Below are positions 44,465 to 55,170 of a stretch of 64,000 nt of DNA, one piece after another (positions within the stretch are counted from its first letter, which is position 1; every line of letters starts with the position of its first letter). This DNA comes from an uncultured Rikenella sp. (GTDB taxonomy: Bacteria > Bacteroidota > Bacteroidia > Bacteroidales > VadinHA17): positions 131,930-195,929 of the forward strand of contig CAYVYM010000001.1 in the NCBI GenBank assembly GCA_964455705.1, written 5' to 3'. A program made the translations under genes and the position numbers. The notes under the pieces are model-generated. The model searched no databases. It was given only the letters and a program-made list of their open reading frames with translations, and was not told the DNA's origin.

Positions 44465-46171
44465 ATGAAAAATTTCACCAGACTTTTTGTCATTCTGCTC
44501 GCTGCTGTACTTATGTCAGGTTGCAGCAGTCTTGACAAGATGAAGAAAAACGCAAATCTTGTCCAGTATGAGATCACTCCCAAGGTACTTGAAACCCATG
44601 CAGGAATTGTTGCCGCACAGGTAAAAGCCACCTATCCGGAGAAGTACTTTGACAAGAACACCACACTTAAGATCACCCCCGTCCTTGTTTATGAAGGCGG
44701 TGAAACAGCCTTTGATGAAATCCTCTATGCCCAGGGTGAGAAGGTTCTGGCTAACAACAAGTCAATCAGCTGGGAAGGCGGTAACATCAACTGGACCGGT
44801 GACGTCGACTACAAACCTGAGATGAAGGTATCTGAGTTCATGCTCCGCGTTGAGGCATCTAAAAAAGACAAGACGCTGGAATTTGATCCTATCAAGCTGG
44901 CTGACGGTGTAATTGCCACCTCTACACTGGTTGAAGATCACGCAATGCCAATATCACTGAAGGACAACTACCAGCGCATAGTTCCCGAGCAGAAGATGGC
45001 TGATATTCTCTATATGATAAACAGGGCAGATATCAGGACTTCTGAACTGAAGTCTACCGATATTCAGGCTCTTAAGGATTATATTGCCCTCGTTATGCAG
45101 AATGAGAGAATGGCAGTCAAAGGCGTCACCGCCAGCTCATACGCTTCACCTGACGGTCCGCTCACACTCAATGAAAGACTGTCAGAGCAGAGAGGCAAAG
45201 CTGCTGAGAAGTATCTCCAGAAAGAGTACGGCAAGATCCCCGAACTGAAAGAACTGTTTGCGACCCAAACAACTGCTGAAGACTGGGATGGTTTCAAAAC
45301 CCTCGTTCAGGAGTCGTCGATGGCTGATAAGGAGCTTGTCCTGAGAGTCCTTTCAATGTATCAGGATCCTGTCGTCCGCGAACAGGAGATTAAAAACATG
45401 GCTACAGCCTATGAGACTCTCGCAGAGGAAATTCTCCCCTTGCTGAGAAGATCAAAATTCATTGTCGACGTTGACCTTATTGGCCTCACCGATGATGAGA
45501 TCCTTACAGCAATCAAGGGCGATGCATCAGTGCTCAGCCTTGAGCAGCTGCTTTATGCTGCCACACTCACTGAAGATCCCAATGAGATGCTCAAGTACTA
45601 CCAGATGGCTGCCGAGAAGGAGCCCAAGTGCTTCCGCGCATGGAACAACATAGGATGGACATACCTGAGCATGGGCAAGAATGAAGAGGCTATGGTAGCC
45701 CTCGAAAAAGCCAAGGCTCTCAAGAATGATGATGTTGTCAAGAACAACATGGGCTTTGCCGCTCTCCTCAAGGGTGACATCAAGGCTTCTGCCGAGTATT
45801 TCAACTCGATGTCAGCCGCCACCCCCGAATCAAAATTCGGACTGGGTACCATCGCTATCCATGAAGGCAAATATGACCAGGCTGTCAACCTGCTTGGCGA
45901 CAAGCCCACGATGAACCTTGCTCTTGCACAGCTTCTGAAGGGTGACATCAATAAAGCCAAGACAACCATGGAGTCAGTTAAGCCATGCAAATGCGGTGCT
46001 CCTTCATACTTAAATGCTGTCATTGCAGCACGCCTCGACAATAAGGATGGTGTTCTCAACGGCCTCCGCGAAGCTATCGGCTACAACTCTGACTGGAAGA
46101 ACTATGCTCAGACTGATCTTGAGTTTGCCAAGTTCTTTATGGATGACACATTCAGGTCTGTTACACAGTAA
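44465..46171 (+). CDS. TPR-repeat lipoprotein
   Basis: Lipobox LMSGC after the signal peptide. The C-terminal half has TPR-like repeats (AWNNIGWTYLSMGKNEEAMVALEKA...). Confidence 0.7.
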   Translation: MKNFTRLFVILLAAVLMSGCSSLDKMKKNANLVQYEITPKVLETHAGIVAAQVKATYPEKYFDKNTTLKITPVLVYEGGETAFDEILYAQGEKVLANNKSISWEGGNINWTGDVDYKPEMKVSEFMLRVEASKKDKTLEFDPIKLADGVIATSTLVEDHAMPISLKDNYQRIVPEQKMADILYMINRADIRTSELKSTDIQALKDYIALVMQNERMAVKGVTASSYASPDGPLTLNERLSEQRGKAAEKYLQKEYGKIPELKELFATQTTAEDWDGFKTLVQESSMADKELVLRVLSMYQDPVVREQEIKNMATAYETLAEEILPLLRRSKFIVDVDLIGLTDDEILTAIKGDASVLSLEQLLYAATLTEDPNEMLKYYQMAAEKEPKCFRAWNNIGWTYLSMGKNEEAMVALEKAKALKNDDVVKNNMGFAALLKGDIKASAEYFNSMSAATPESKFGLGTIAIHEGKYDQAVNLLGDKPTMNLALAQLLKGDINKAKTTMESVKPCKCGAPSYLNAVIAARLDNKDGVLNGLREAIGYNSDWKNYAQTDLEFAKFFMDDTFRSVTQ

Positions 46172-46188
46172 TAAGGCTACATAATCAT

Positions 46189-46225
46189 AAAACCCCGTTC
46201 GCCGACAGGCAGACGGGGTTTTTTT
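46189..46225. terminator. Bidirectional rho-independent terminator
   Basis: AAAACCCCGT (46189-46198) pairs with ACGGGGTTTT (46213-46222), followed by a T-tract. It lies between convergent genes and overlaps the stop of the minus-strand gene. Confidence 0.75.
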
Positions 46226-46760
46226 ACCTCTTGTCGCTGATCCTGCCTGCCAGCTCCCATAGTACTATGCCGGCGCTGACAGCAATGTTGAATGAATGCT
46301 TGGTGCCATACTGCGGGATCTCTATGCAGGCATCGGAGAGATTAACCACCTCGTCACTTACGCCCCTGACCTCATGCCCGAACACCAGTGCATAGCTGAC
46401 CCCGGCTTCAGCAGTGAACCTGTCCAGAGGAAGAGCCTCATCCGCCTGCTCCACGGAGACAATTACATAACCATTCGCCTTCAGCTCCCTGACCGCCTCA
46501 GGAGCACTGTCAAAATATCTCCAGGCAACTGATTCAGTGGCTCCCAGGGCGGTTTTATGTATCTCCCTGTGGGGAGGAGTGGCAGTGATGCCGCACAGAT
46601 AAACAGCCTCCACAAGGAAAGCGTCAGCCGTGCGGAAGATAGATCCCACATTGTTCAGACTCCGTACATTGTCGAGCACAATGATGAAGGGCGACTTGAC
46701 TGATGCCCTGAATTCCGTAACGCTTTTACGGTTAAGCTCATCATTGGAAAGCTTCCTCAT
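46224..46760 (-). CDS. SpoU/TrmH-family RNA 2'-O-methyltransferase
   Basis: 178 aa. Motifs LDNVRSLNNVGSIFRTADAF, FGHEVRGV and IPQYGTKHSFNIAVSAGIVL are typical of SPOUT methylases. Confidence 0.85.
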   Translation of the reverse strand: MRKLSNDELNRKSVTEFRASVKSPFIIVLDNVRSLNNVGSIFRTADAFLVEAVYLCGITATPPHREIHKTALGATESVAWRYFDSAPEAVRELKANGYVIVSVEQADEALPLDRFTAEAGVSYALVFGHEVRGVSDEVVNLSDACIEIPQYGTKHSFNIAVSAGIVLWELAGRISDKR

Positions 46761-46852
46761 TCAGAAAATTTTAACGAAAATAATTATAAAAAAGAGTAAA
46801 TTACATACCTTATTGCGAAGAGACAATATAACCCCTTATCACATACCTTGTC

Positions 46853-48043
46853 ATGAATATTCACGAATACCAGGGAAAGTCAATACTGCAGGCCCACGGA
46901 GTACAGGTGCAGGAAGGATTTGTGGCTGAGACAGCCGAACAGGCAAAACTCATTGCCGAAGAACTTCAGAAGAAATTCGGGACGGAGATCTTCGTCATAA
47001 AGGCCCAGATCCATGCCGGAGGCCGGGGCAAGGGCGGAGGGGTGAAGATAGCCCGCTCACCACAGGAGACAGCAGAGGTGGCTTCACGCATGCTGGGCAT
47101 GACACTTGTGACACATCAGACCGGCCCTGAAGGGAAGGTGGTAAGAAAAGTCCTTATCGCCCAGGATGTATATTACAAGGGTGAGTCGGATATAAGGGAG
47201 TTTTACCTGTCTGTGCTTCTTGACCGGAAAAGGTCTGCCTTCGTTGTTATCTATTCCACTGAAGGAGGCATGGATATTGAGGAAGTAGCTGCAAAAACAC
47301 CGGAAGCAATCTTTACTGAGGTTGTTGATTCCTCGTGCTGCCTGCATGAATTCCAGATGAGAACAATAGCCTCCAACCTGGGCCTTCGTGGCAAGGCCTA
47401 CAGGGAGATGACCCGCTTCATAAGCGGTCTGTGGGATGCCTTTATCAGTTCCGATGCATCACTGATGGAGATTAATCCTCTCCTGAAAACAAGTGATGCC
47501 AGGGTGCTGGCCGTTGATTGCAAGGTCTCACTTGATGATAACGCGCTGTACCGCCACCCGGAGCTTGCTGCGATGCGTGACCTTACAGAGGAGGATCCCA
47601 CAGAGGTGGAGGCGTCGGCTAGTAACCTCAACTATGTCAAGCTCGACGGCGATGTGGGATGCATGGTTAACGGCGCCGGCCTTGCCATGGCAACAATGGA
47701 CCTGATACAACTCTCAGGAGGCCGACCGGCAAACTTCCTTGATGTGGGTGGCGGAGCAAACCCACAAACAGTGGAGGCCGGATTCAGGATAATACTCAAG
47801 GACCCGAATGTCAGGGCCATACTTGTCAATATCTTCGGAGGGATTGTCAGGTGTGACCGCGTGGCATCAGGAATAATAGAAGCATACAAAACAATTGGTG
47901 ATATCAGCGTTCCGGTAATAGTGAGGCTCCAGGGCACCAATGCCATCGAGGCAAAGGAGCTTATTGACAGCTCGGGGCTGAAGGTGATTGCTGCTTCAAC
48001 CTTCACCGATGCTGCCGAAAAAGTAAGGGCGGCGCTGGTTTAA
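46853..48043 (+). CDS. sucC: Succinyl-CoA synthetase beta subunit (ADP-forming)
   Basis: MNIHEYQGKSIL N-terminus, ATP-grasp fold, and the GGIVRCD motif. Confidence 0.93.
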   Translation: MNIHEYQGKSILQAHGVQVQEGFVAETAEQAKLIAEELQKKFGTEIFVIKAQIHAGGRGKGGGVKIARSPQETAEVASRMLGMTLVTHQTGPEGKVVRKVLIAQDVYYKGESDIREFYLSVLLDRKRSAFVVIYSTEGGMDIEEVAAKTPEAIFTEVVDSSCCLHEFQMRTIASNLGLRGKAYREMTRFISGLWDAFISSDASLMEINPLLKTSDARVLAVDCKVSLDDNALYRHPELAAMRDLTEEDPTEVEASASNLNYVKLDGDVGCMVNGAGLAMATMDLIQLSGGRPANFLDVGGGANPQTVEAGFRIILKDPNVRAILVNIFGGIVRCDRVASGIIEAYKTIGDISVPVIVRLQGTNAIEAKELIDSSGLKVIAASTFTDAAEKVRAALV

Positions 48044-48129
48044 CAGTACATTAAGACCTTGGTTGATAAAATCTGGCATTTGAGCCGGTCCTTGCGGCCT
48101 TTTATTTATAATTTGGCAGCACATCCGGT

Positions 48130-50142
48130 ATGCAAAAAGAGTTCGCTGATATTGTCATTCCTGTTGCCGTCAGCGGCAGCTATACTTATGGCATACCTCA
48201 GGAGCTGAGAGGTGCCCTGAGGCGCGGCAGCATCGTGACCGTGCCGTTTGGACAGAGCAGTAATGCAACGGGCCTCGTGGTAAGCATCCACAATACCCCT
48301 CCGTCAGAGTTTACCCCTAAGGAGATAACCGCAATGCTGCCGGAAGAGGCATGGGTCAATGACCGGCTGGTTGATTTTATTCTCTGGATATCAGATTATT
48401 ACATGGCTTACCCCGGAGAGGTTATGAAGGCTGCTATTCCATCGGCCGACGATCTGCCGGGAGGAAAGATATCAGGAAGGAAAAAGAGCGGTAAGACGGT
48501 AGCCGACGGTGAGGTAATCACGCCTGCCAGCCTGAATGATGTCCAGTCCGGGGCCTGCAACACCATCAGGGAACTGTTCAGTGACCACGAGGCAGTGCTG
48601 CTGCATGGTGTGACCTCCAGCGGGAAGACGGAGATCTATATCCATCTTATGCAGGAGCAGCTTGCTCAGGGCAGACAGGTTCTTTACATGCTGCCTGAGA
48701 TAGCCTTGACAAGCCAGATCATCGAGCGTCTTCAACGGCACTTCGGAGACTCAATAGGGGTCTTTCATTCCCGGCTGACCCCGGCCGCACGTCGTGAGGT
48801 CCGGAGAAGAGTCAGTGACGGCACTCTCAGTGCAGTCCTGGGCGTCAGGTCTTCGCTCTTCCTTCCCTTCAGGGAGATTGGACTGATCATCGTTGATGAA
48901 GAACATGATTCATCATATAAACAGTATGACCCGGCACCCCGGTATCATGCCCGTGACGCCGCCATGATGCTCTCGCGGATCCATGGGGGCAGAACCCTGC
49001 TGGGGTCAGCCACACCATCACTTGAGAGCTATCATAACGCCTCTGCCGGACGGTTCGGGTTTGTTGAGCTGATGACCCGCTACGGTGATGTCATGATGCC
49101 GGAGATGATCGTCGCCGACACTCGATCATTCGGCAGGAAGACGAAAATGGTTTCACACTTTACTCCCCGACTCATTGAGGCCATTGAGGAGGCGCTGGGC
49201 AAGAACGAACAGGTGATACTATTCCAGAACAGGAGGGGATTCTCTCCCTACCTGATGTGCCCTGATTGCGGATGGGTGCCGGGCTGTACAAACTGCTCCG
49301 TAAGCTATACATATCACAAGAGCATTGGCAAAATGGTCTGCCACTACTGCGGCCGGAGCATGAAGCTGCCGTCAGCATGCCCGGAGTGCGGATCGGAAGC
49401 CCTTACAACAAAAGGGTTCGGTACAGAGAAGATCGAAGAGGAGGTCAGGTTGATCTTCCCTTCAGCCAGAGTGGCAAGGATGGATCAGGATACAACACGG
49501 AAGAGGCGCGCCTCATCGGAGATACTGTCTGACTTCGCCGCCGGCGCCACAGACATCCTCATCGGAACACAGATGATATCCAAGGGGCTTGACTTCGAGA
49601 GGCTGACGGTGGTGGGTATTCTCGACGCCGACAATATGATGCATTTCCCCGATTTCAGAGCCTTTGAGCGCAGCTTCCAGCTGATGGAACAGGTCAGCGG
49701 CAGAGCCGGGAGACGCACCCGCAGGGGCAAGGTGATCATACAAACGGCCGACCCGTCCCATATCATCCTCCGGCAGGTGCTTAAGCATGACTATAAGGCA
49801 ATGTGCCGCACACAGCTTGAGGAGAGAGCCCTGTTTGGTTATCCTCCCTTCACGAAGATCATCAGGCTTTCAGTCCGGCATCGTGATCTGGATGAACTGA
49901 ATGTGTCAGCAGCATGGCTTGCAGAGAGTCTCCGCAAGCAGCTGGGCAGCCATGTGCTCGGACCGGAGTTTCCCGTAATCATGCAGGTCCAGAAGTGGTA
50001 TATCAAGACAATAATGGTCAAGGTAGAAAGCAGCCTCTCACCTTCCAGGGTAAAGGAGGTGGTGCGCAGGGCCATGGAGACCGGGATGAAGAAACCAAGG
50101 AAAGGCATTCTGCGCATCCATGCCGATGTTGACCCTCAGTGA
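48130..50142 (+). CDS. priA: Primosomal protein N' (replication restart helicase PriA)
   Basis: Walker A GVTSSGKTE and DEEHD box. Cys-rich Zn-binding region CPDCGWVPGCTNCSVSYTYHK...CHYCG...CPECGS. Confidence 0.9.
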   Translation: MQKEFADIVIPVAVSGSYTYGIPQELRGALRRGSIVTVPFGQSSNATGLVVSIHNTPPSEFTPKEITAMLPEEAWVNDRLVDFILWISDYYMAYPGEVMKAAIPSADDLPGGKISGRKKSGKTVADGEVITPASLNDVQSGACNTIRELFSDHEAVLLHGVTSSGKTEIYIHLMQEQLAQGRQVLYMLPEIALTSQIIERLQRHFGDSIGVFHSRLTPAARREVRRRVSDGTLSAVLGVRSSLFLPFREIGLIIVDEEHDSSYKQYDPAPRYHARDAAMMLSRIHGGRTLLGSATPSLESYHNASAGRFGFVELMTRYGDVMMPEMIVADTRSFGRKTKMVSHFTPRLIEAIEEALGKNEQVILFQNRRGFSPYLMCPDCGWVPGCTNCSVSYTYHKSIGKMVCHYCGRSMKLPSACPECGSEALTTKGFGTEKIEEEVRLIFPSARVARMDQDTTRKRRASSEILSDFAAGATDILIGTQMISKGLDFERLTVVGILDADNMMHFPDFRAFERSFQLMEQVSGRAGRRTRRGKVIIQTADPSHIILRQVLKHDYKAMCRTQLEERALFGYPPFTKIIRLSVRHRDLDELNVSAAWLAESLRKQLGSHVLGPEFPVIMQVQKWYIKTIMVKVESSLSPSRVKEVVRRAMETGMKKPRKGILRIHADVDPQ

Positions 50143-50204
50143 CAGCGGATCACACCGGAGAGGGTCCTGGAGAAGAAGTTTAAAAAACACAAGTAATCTG
50201 AAAA

Positions 50205-52523
50205 ATGAACTTATCGATTGAAAAAACAAGCCGGATTGACAGGGCTGCAGTACTGGCAGCGCTCCTGTTACTGTCACTCTCCGGATGCAGGCAGCAGGAG
50301 GTGATCTTGACAGAGCCTGCTAACCTGGTGAATACACTGATGGGCACCGATTCGGAATATCTCCTCTCGCATGGCAACACCTATCCTGCTGTGGCCCTGC
50401 CCTTCGGGATGAATTTCTGGACGCCGCAAACTCGCCGCAATGGTGATGGATGGGGATATACCTATGATGATCATAAGATTACCGGGATTAAACAAACGCA
50501 CCAACCGAGCCCGTGGATAAATGATTACGCTGCCTTCTCACTGATGCCTGTCACGGGAGTCGGCAGGATCACAGAGGAAGAACGCGCTTCATGGTTCTCA
50601 CACAAGGCCGAGGAGGCACGGCCCTATTATTATAGCGTCTATCTGGCTGATTATGACATCACTGCGGAGGTAACGCCCACAGAAAGGTCAGCACTGTTCA
50701 GGTTTACCTTCCCGAAGAGTGATTCCTCGGCAGTAGTCATCGATGCCTTCGCCGGTGGCTCTATGGTAAAGATCCTCCCTGAAGAGAGAAAAATCATCGG
50801 TTATTGCCGCAACAACCACGGTGGCGTGCCGGAGAACTTCCACAACTACTTCGTGATCGTCTTTGACAGGGAGTTTGAATTCCTCTCGGTGTGGTTGGAT
50901 GGAAAGATCATGCCTGGCAGCACCGGGGGACAGGGCGATCGTGCAGCGGCGGTGGTTGGGTTCCGGACAGACAGGGGAGAGCAGGTATCTGCAAGGGTGG
51001 CATCATCATTTATTTCACACGAACAGGCAGTGCTTAACCTTGAACGGGAGACCGGGGGCCGCAGCTTTGACGATGTCCGCGATGCCGCCAGGGAGAGATG
51101 GAACAGCGAGCTCGGACGCATAAGGGTTGAAGGCGGTACCGATGATCAGATACGCACGTTCTATTCAACACTGTACCGCACGCTGCTGTTTCCGAGGATG
51201 TTTTATGAATATGACAGCGAAGAGAATATCATACACTACAGTCCGTACAACGGACAGGTTCTTCCCGGGCGGCTCTTCACCGACAACGGCTTCTGGGACA
51301 CATTCAGGGCTGCCATGCCGCTGATAACCCTGCTCTACCCTGAAATGAGCTCACATATTATGGAGGGGCTGGTGAATGCCTACCTCGAGAGCGGATGGCT
51401 TCCCGAATGGGCTAGTCCCGGCCATCGCAATTGCATGATTGGCAGCAACTCAGCCTCTCTCATCGCTGACGCCTGGCTTAAGGGCATCAGGGGTTATGAG
51501 ATTGACACCCTGTGGAATGCGATGGTGAAGAACACAAAAGGACACGGCCCCGTTCATTCAGTGGGCAGGTACGGCGCTGAGTACTACAACAGCCTGGGAT
51601 ATGTCCCCTATGATGCAGGCATCAATGAGAATGTGGCACGCACCCTTGAGTATGCCTACGCCGACTGGTGCCTGTGGCGGCTGGCGAAGGAACTGGGCAA
51701 ACCTCAGGAGGAAGTTGAAATCTATGCAAAAAGGTCTCAGAACTACAGGAATGTTTTCGACAGTGAACGTTTGCTCATGAGAGGAAAGAACAGTGACGGA
51801 ACCTTCCAGTCGCCCTTTAGCCCTTACAAGTGGGGTGACGCATTCACCGAGGGCAACAGCTGGCATTACACCTGGAGCGTTTTTCATGACGTGGCAGGAC
51901 TGGCTGACCTTATGGGCGGCACAAAAATGATGGCACGGATGCTCGACTCGGTCTTTGTGGTGCCGCCACTGTTTGATGATTCCTATTATGGGTTCCCCAT
52001 ACATGAGATTCGGGAGATGCAGATCATGAACATGGGTAACTATGCTCACGGCAACCAGCCGGTGCAGCATATGATCTACCTCTACAAATACACCCCTGAG
52101 CCGTGGAAGACGGAGATGAGGGTCAGGGAGGTGATGGAAAAGCTATATAATTATACTCCCGACGGTTATTGCGGTGATGAAGACAACGGACAGACATCAG
52201 CATGGTATGTCTTCAGCGCCCTCGGTTTTTACCCTGTCACCCCCGGGACGGGTGAATATGTACTGGGCTCGCCCCTCTTCAGAAAGGCAACAGTTACCCT
52301 TTCTGACGGACAAAAACTGGTGATTTCAGCACCGGAGAACAGCAGCGAGAACATATATGTTAATGATGTGCTTCTCAACGGCAGGAAGACCGGAGTCAGT
52401 TTTATCACTCATTCGCAGCTCCAGGAAGGAGGGAGACTGGAGTTCAGGATGAACCCGCGCCCCGATACTGTCAGAGGCGTCTCCCCGGCATGGTGGCCAT
52501 ATTCGATGAGCGCTGAATTGTGA
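50205..52523 (+). CDS. GH92 alpha-mannosidase
   Basis: 772 aa. Lipoprotein signal (LLSLSGC). GH92-type motifs GNTYPAVALPFGMNFWTPQT, HQPSPWINDY and GNYAHGNQPVQHMIYLY. Confidence 0.9.
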   Translation: MNLSIEKTSRIDRAAVLAALLLLSLSGCRQQEVILTEPANLVNTLMGTDSEYLLSHGNTYPAVALPFGMNFWTPQTRRNGDGWGYTYDDHKITGIKQTHQPSPWINDYAAFSLMPVTGVGRITEEERASWFSHKAEEARPYYYSVYLADYDITAEVTPTERSALFRFTFPKSDSSAVVIDAFAGGSMVKILPEERKIIGYCRNNHGGVPENFHNYFVIVFDREFEFLSVWLDGKIMPGSTGGQGDRAAAVVGFRTDRGEQVSARVASSFISHEQAVLNLERETGGRSFDDVRDAARERWNSELGRIRVEGGTDDQIRTFYSTLYRTLLFPRMFYEYDSEENIIHYSPYNGQVLPGRLFTDNGFWDTFRAAMPLITLLYPEMSSHIMEGLVNAYLESGWLPEWASPGHRNCMIGSNSASLIADAWLKGIRGYEIDTLWNAMVKNTKGHGPVHSVGRYGAEYYNSLGYVPYDAGINENVARTLEYAYADWCLWRLAKELGKPQEEVEIYAKRSQNYRNVFDSERLLMRGKNSDGTFQSPFSPYKWGDAFTEGNSWHYTWSVFHDVAGLADLMGGTKMMARMLDSVFVVPPLFDDSYYGFPIHEIREMQIMNMGNYAHGNQPVQHMIYLYKYTPEPWKTEMRVREVMEKLYNYTPDGYCGDEDNGQTSAWYVFSALGFYPVTPGTGEYVLGSPLFRKATVTLSDGQKLVISAPENSSENIYVNDVLLNGRKTGVSFITHSQLQEGGRLEFRMNPRPDTVRGVSPAWWPYSMSAEL

Positions 52524-52624
52524 TGGATGGTGGCAGGGAGATATCTGCAAGGGTTAAGGAACTCCAGGGCTGACACACCCTCGATTGTCCGGCCTTGGTA
52601 TCACTGAGATAGATTTGAGGCGAA

Positions 52625-53170
52625 TTACAGGATGTGCAGGATACTTCTCCGCTTGGCGATAAGATCGGTAAGCTCAATGAGCATATCGGAACTGACCCTA
52701 CTCGCCATTGGTAAAACATACTTTTCCGTCTGGTCAAGATACCCGGAGATTCTCTGTTCCGTCTGTATGTCACGGTGAAGGTCGGTAAGATTGCTGATTC
52801 TGTCAGCACATTTGAGCAACAGTGCATTATCCGAACCCTGCTCCAACACCCGCTGGAGATACTCTGACTTTGTCTCCTCTTTTCGCTTGGTCACCTCAAG
52901 TACGAGCTCCACCACCGCTGTCCCGTCACTGTCTATCCACCTTATCTCATCAAACTGTGTCTCGGGCAGGTCTTCAAGCAGGTCGTGAAGCAGCGCGGCT
53001 TTCAGGAGGATGCCGTTGTCGTAGAACTTATAGTCGAGCAGGATCCCCAGGGTTGAGAAGCAGTGACGGAACTGGTTGCCGCCGACCTCCCTCTCGACTC
53101 CTATGAGGGCTGTCGCCTTAAGTATATATGGCGCAAGGACGAGGTTCCTGAGGTTTTCGAGTGCGGTCAT
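52625..53170 (-). CDS. Stand-alone HD-domain protein, RelA/SpoT-hydrolase-like (small alarmone hydrolase-like)
   Basis: 181 aa. FRHCFSTLGILL, AALLHDLLEDLPET and LLKCADRISNL match the HD_4 (p)ppGpp-hydrolase pattern. Confidence 0.7.
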   Translation of the reverse strand: MTALENLRNLVLAPYILKATALIGVEREVGGNQFRHCFSTLGILLDYKFYDNGILLKAALLHDLLEDLPETQFDEIRWIDSDGTAVVELVLEVTKRKEETKSEYLQRVLEQGSDNALLLKCADRISNLTDLHRDIQTEQRISGYLDQTEKYVLPMASRVSSDMLIELTDLIAKRRSILHIL

Positions 53171-53343
53171 AGGTATTATTACAAAGCTGCAAAATTAAAG
53201 AAACCATTGTGCCGCAGAGGGTATGATACAGCACTATTTATAAACACTGTTTTCACAATTTTAACAGAGGGCATAATGCCATGCACTCCATGCGTGAACT
53301 TATTGGCCTATCTTTGCATTTCTGATGTTATAAGTGTCACGAA

Positions 53344-55113
53344 ATGTCTGAAGCATCCATCAAGATACCCACAGGTTCAGGACTGAAACAACTGGCGAAG
53401 CTCTACAGATTCCTGAGGCCGTACAGATGGAAGTTTGGCCTCGGCCTGCTGTTCCTGTTGCTATCCACGGCGGCAAGCCTCATGTTCCCCAAGCTTCTGG
53501 GTGACATGGTTGACATAGCCAACAGGGGGATGGTCATTTCAGAGATTAACCGCACCGGGTTTCTGCTGCTTGCCATTCTTACGGGTCAGGCTCTCTTTTC
53601 ATACACCCGGACCAGGCTTTTCGTCTATGTGACCGAGAAGACTCTTGCCTCCATCAGGCAGCATATTTATAATCACCTGATCAGGCTGCCGATGTCGTTT
53701 TTCTCATCGCGGAGGGTGGGGGCGCTTAACAGCCGGATCTCGTCTGACATATCCTTACTTCAGGACTCGCTCACGAGCACTCTCGCTGACCTGCTCTCTC
53801 AGATGCTGGTCATTGTGGGTGGCATAACCCTTATGATGATCAGTTCCTTCAGACTGACCATCTTCACGCTTGCAATCATTCCGGCGATATCACTCATGGC
53901 CTTTTTCTCAGGGAGGGCCATCCGGCGCTACTCAAAGAAGGCGCAGGCTTTTGTTGCCGAGTCGAATACCATCGTGGAGGAGACACTTCAGGGTATTCAG
54001 AATGTAAAGGCTTTTACCAATGAGGCTTTTGAAAGCAACCGCTACCGGCAGAAAACAGAAGAGGTGGCAAAGGCAGGTATCAAGGGCGGGAAGTATCAGG
54101 CAGCGATCTCATTCATTGTACTGGGCTTCTTTATCTCGATGGCTGCTGTCATCTGGCGGGGAGCCGCTATGATAGCCGGCGGACAGATGGAGGCCGGCCA
54201 GCTCTTTTCATTTGTCATTTATTCAGGTTTCATAGGAGGAAACATTGCCGGAATGGCCGGTGTCTACACGAGGCTGCAGAAGACGATAGGAGCCTCTGAG
54301 AACCTTTTGCAGATCGTCGATGAAAAGACGGAGGCGATTGATCAGGTCTACACACCGGATAGTGCACATACTCTTCAGGGAGAGATTACATTTAACGGTG
54401 TCGGGTTCAGATACCCCTCTCGTAATGAGGTGGTTGTACTCAGGGATGTAAGCTTCAAAGTCGCCCCCGGGCAACAAATAGCCCTGGTAGGGCCGAGCGG
54501 CGCCGGCAAGTCGACCGTTGCATCGCTTCTGCTCAGGTTTTACGATCCGGGTGAAGGGACGATCCTGTTCGACGGACGTGACAGCATGAGCTTCCCGGTG
54601 ACTGCACTGCGTGCACAGATGGCGGTGGTAATGCAGGATGTCTTCCTCTTCGGAGGCACCATCAGGGAGAATATCGCTTACGGAAAACCCGGATCGGATG
54701 AAGAGGAGATAATGGAGGCTGCGATACAGGCCAACGCGTGGAACTTTATTCAATCATTTCCTGATAAACTTGAGACCGTGGTGGGAGAGAGGGGCGTACA
54801 ACTCTCCGGAGGCCAGCGTCAGCGCATAGCTATTGCCCGGGCAGTGCTCAAGAACCCCAGGATCCTGATACTTGATGAGGCCACCTCGTCACTCGACTCC
54901 GAATCTGAAAGACTGGTACAGGAGGCGCTGGAGAAGCTGATGAAGGGCCGTACCTCCCTTGTGATAGCACACAGGCTCTCAACGGTCCGGAAGGCCGACA
55001 GGATAATTGTGCTGAGTGACGGAAAGATTGTTGAGCAGGGCACTCATTCAGAGCTCCTTGCCAATGGCACGGGTCTTTACAGGACGCTCACGGAGCTTCA
55101 GTTCAATGGATGA
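53344..55113 (+). CDS. ABC transporter, fused permease/ATPase (MsbA-like exporter)
   Basis: Six N-terminal TM helices. Walker A GPSGAGKST, signature LSGGQRQRIAIARA, Walker B ILILDEATS. Confidence 0.9.
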   Translation: MSEASIKIPTGSGLKQLAKLYRFLRPYRWKFGLGLLFLLLSTAASLMFPKLLGDMVDIANRGMVISEINRTGFLLLAILTGQALFSYTRTRLFVYVTEKTLASIRQHIYNHLIRLPMSFFSSRRVGALNSRISSDISLLQDSLTSTLADLLSQMLVIVGGITLMMISSFRLTIFTLAIIPAISLMAFFSGRAIRRYSKKAQAFVAESNTIVEETLQGIQNVKAFTNEAFESNRYRQKTEEVAKAGIKGGKYQAAISFIVLGFFISMAAVIWRGAAMIAGGQMEAGQLFSFVIYSGFIGGNIAGMAGVYTRLQKTIGASENLLQIVDEKTEAIDQVYTPDSAHTLQGEITFNGVGFRYPSRNEVVVLRDVSFKVAPGQQIALVGPSGAGKSTVASLLLRFYDPGEGTILFDGRDSMSFPVTALRAQMAVVMQDVFLFGGTIRENIAYGKPGSDEEEIMEAAIQANAWNFIQSFPDKLETVVGERGVQLSGGQRQRIAIARAVLKNPRILILDEATSSLDSESERLVQEALEKLMKGRTSLVIAHRLSTVRKADRIIVLSDGKIVEQGTHSELLANGTGLYRTLTELQFNG

Positions 55114-55170
55114 ACAGACAGCATAATTATTGTAGTAAAAGGATAATGCACCGGCTCTCTCTGGTGAGCC

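Noticed and set aside
46853-48043. sucC without an adjacent sucD (possible operon disruption)
   Set aside because: The gene is intact with a full-length ATP-grasp and CoA-ligase organisation. The alpha subunit may simply be encoded elsewhere, and this cannot be judged from the window.
48130-50142. PriA looked short (670 aa) relative to some homologs; considered truncation or pseudogene
   Set aside because: The N-terminal DNA-binding region, Walker A/B motifs, the Cys-rich Zn region and the C-terminal domain are all present in one uninterrupted frame.
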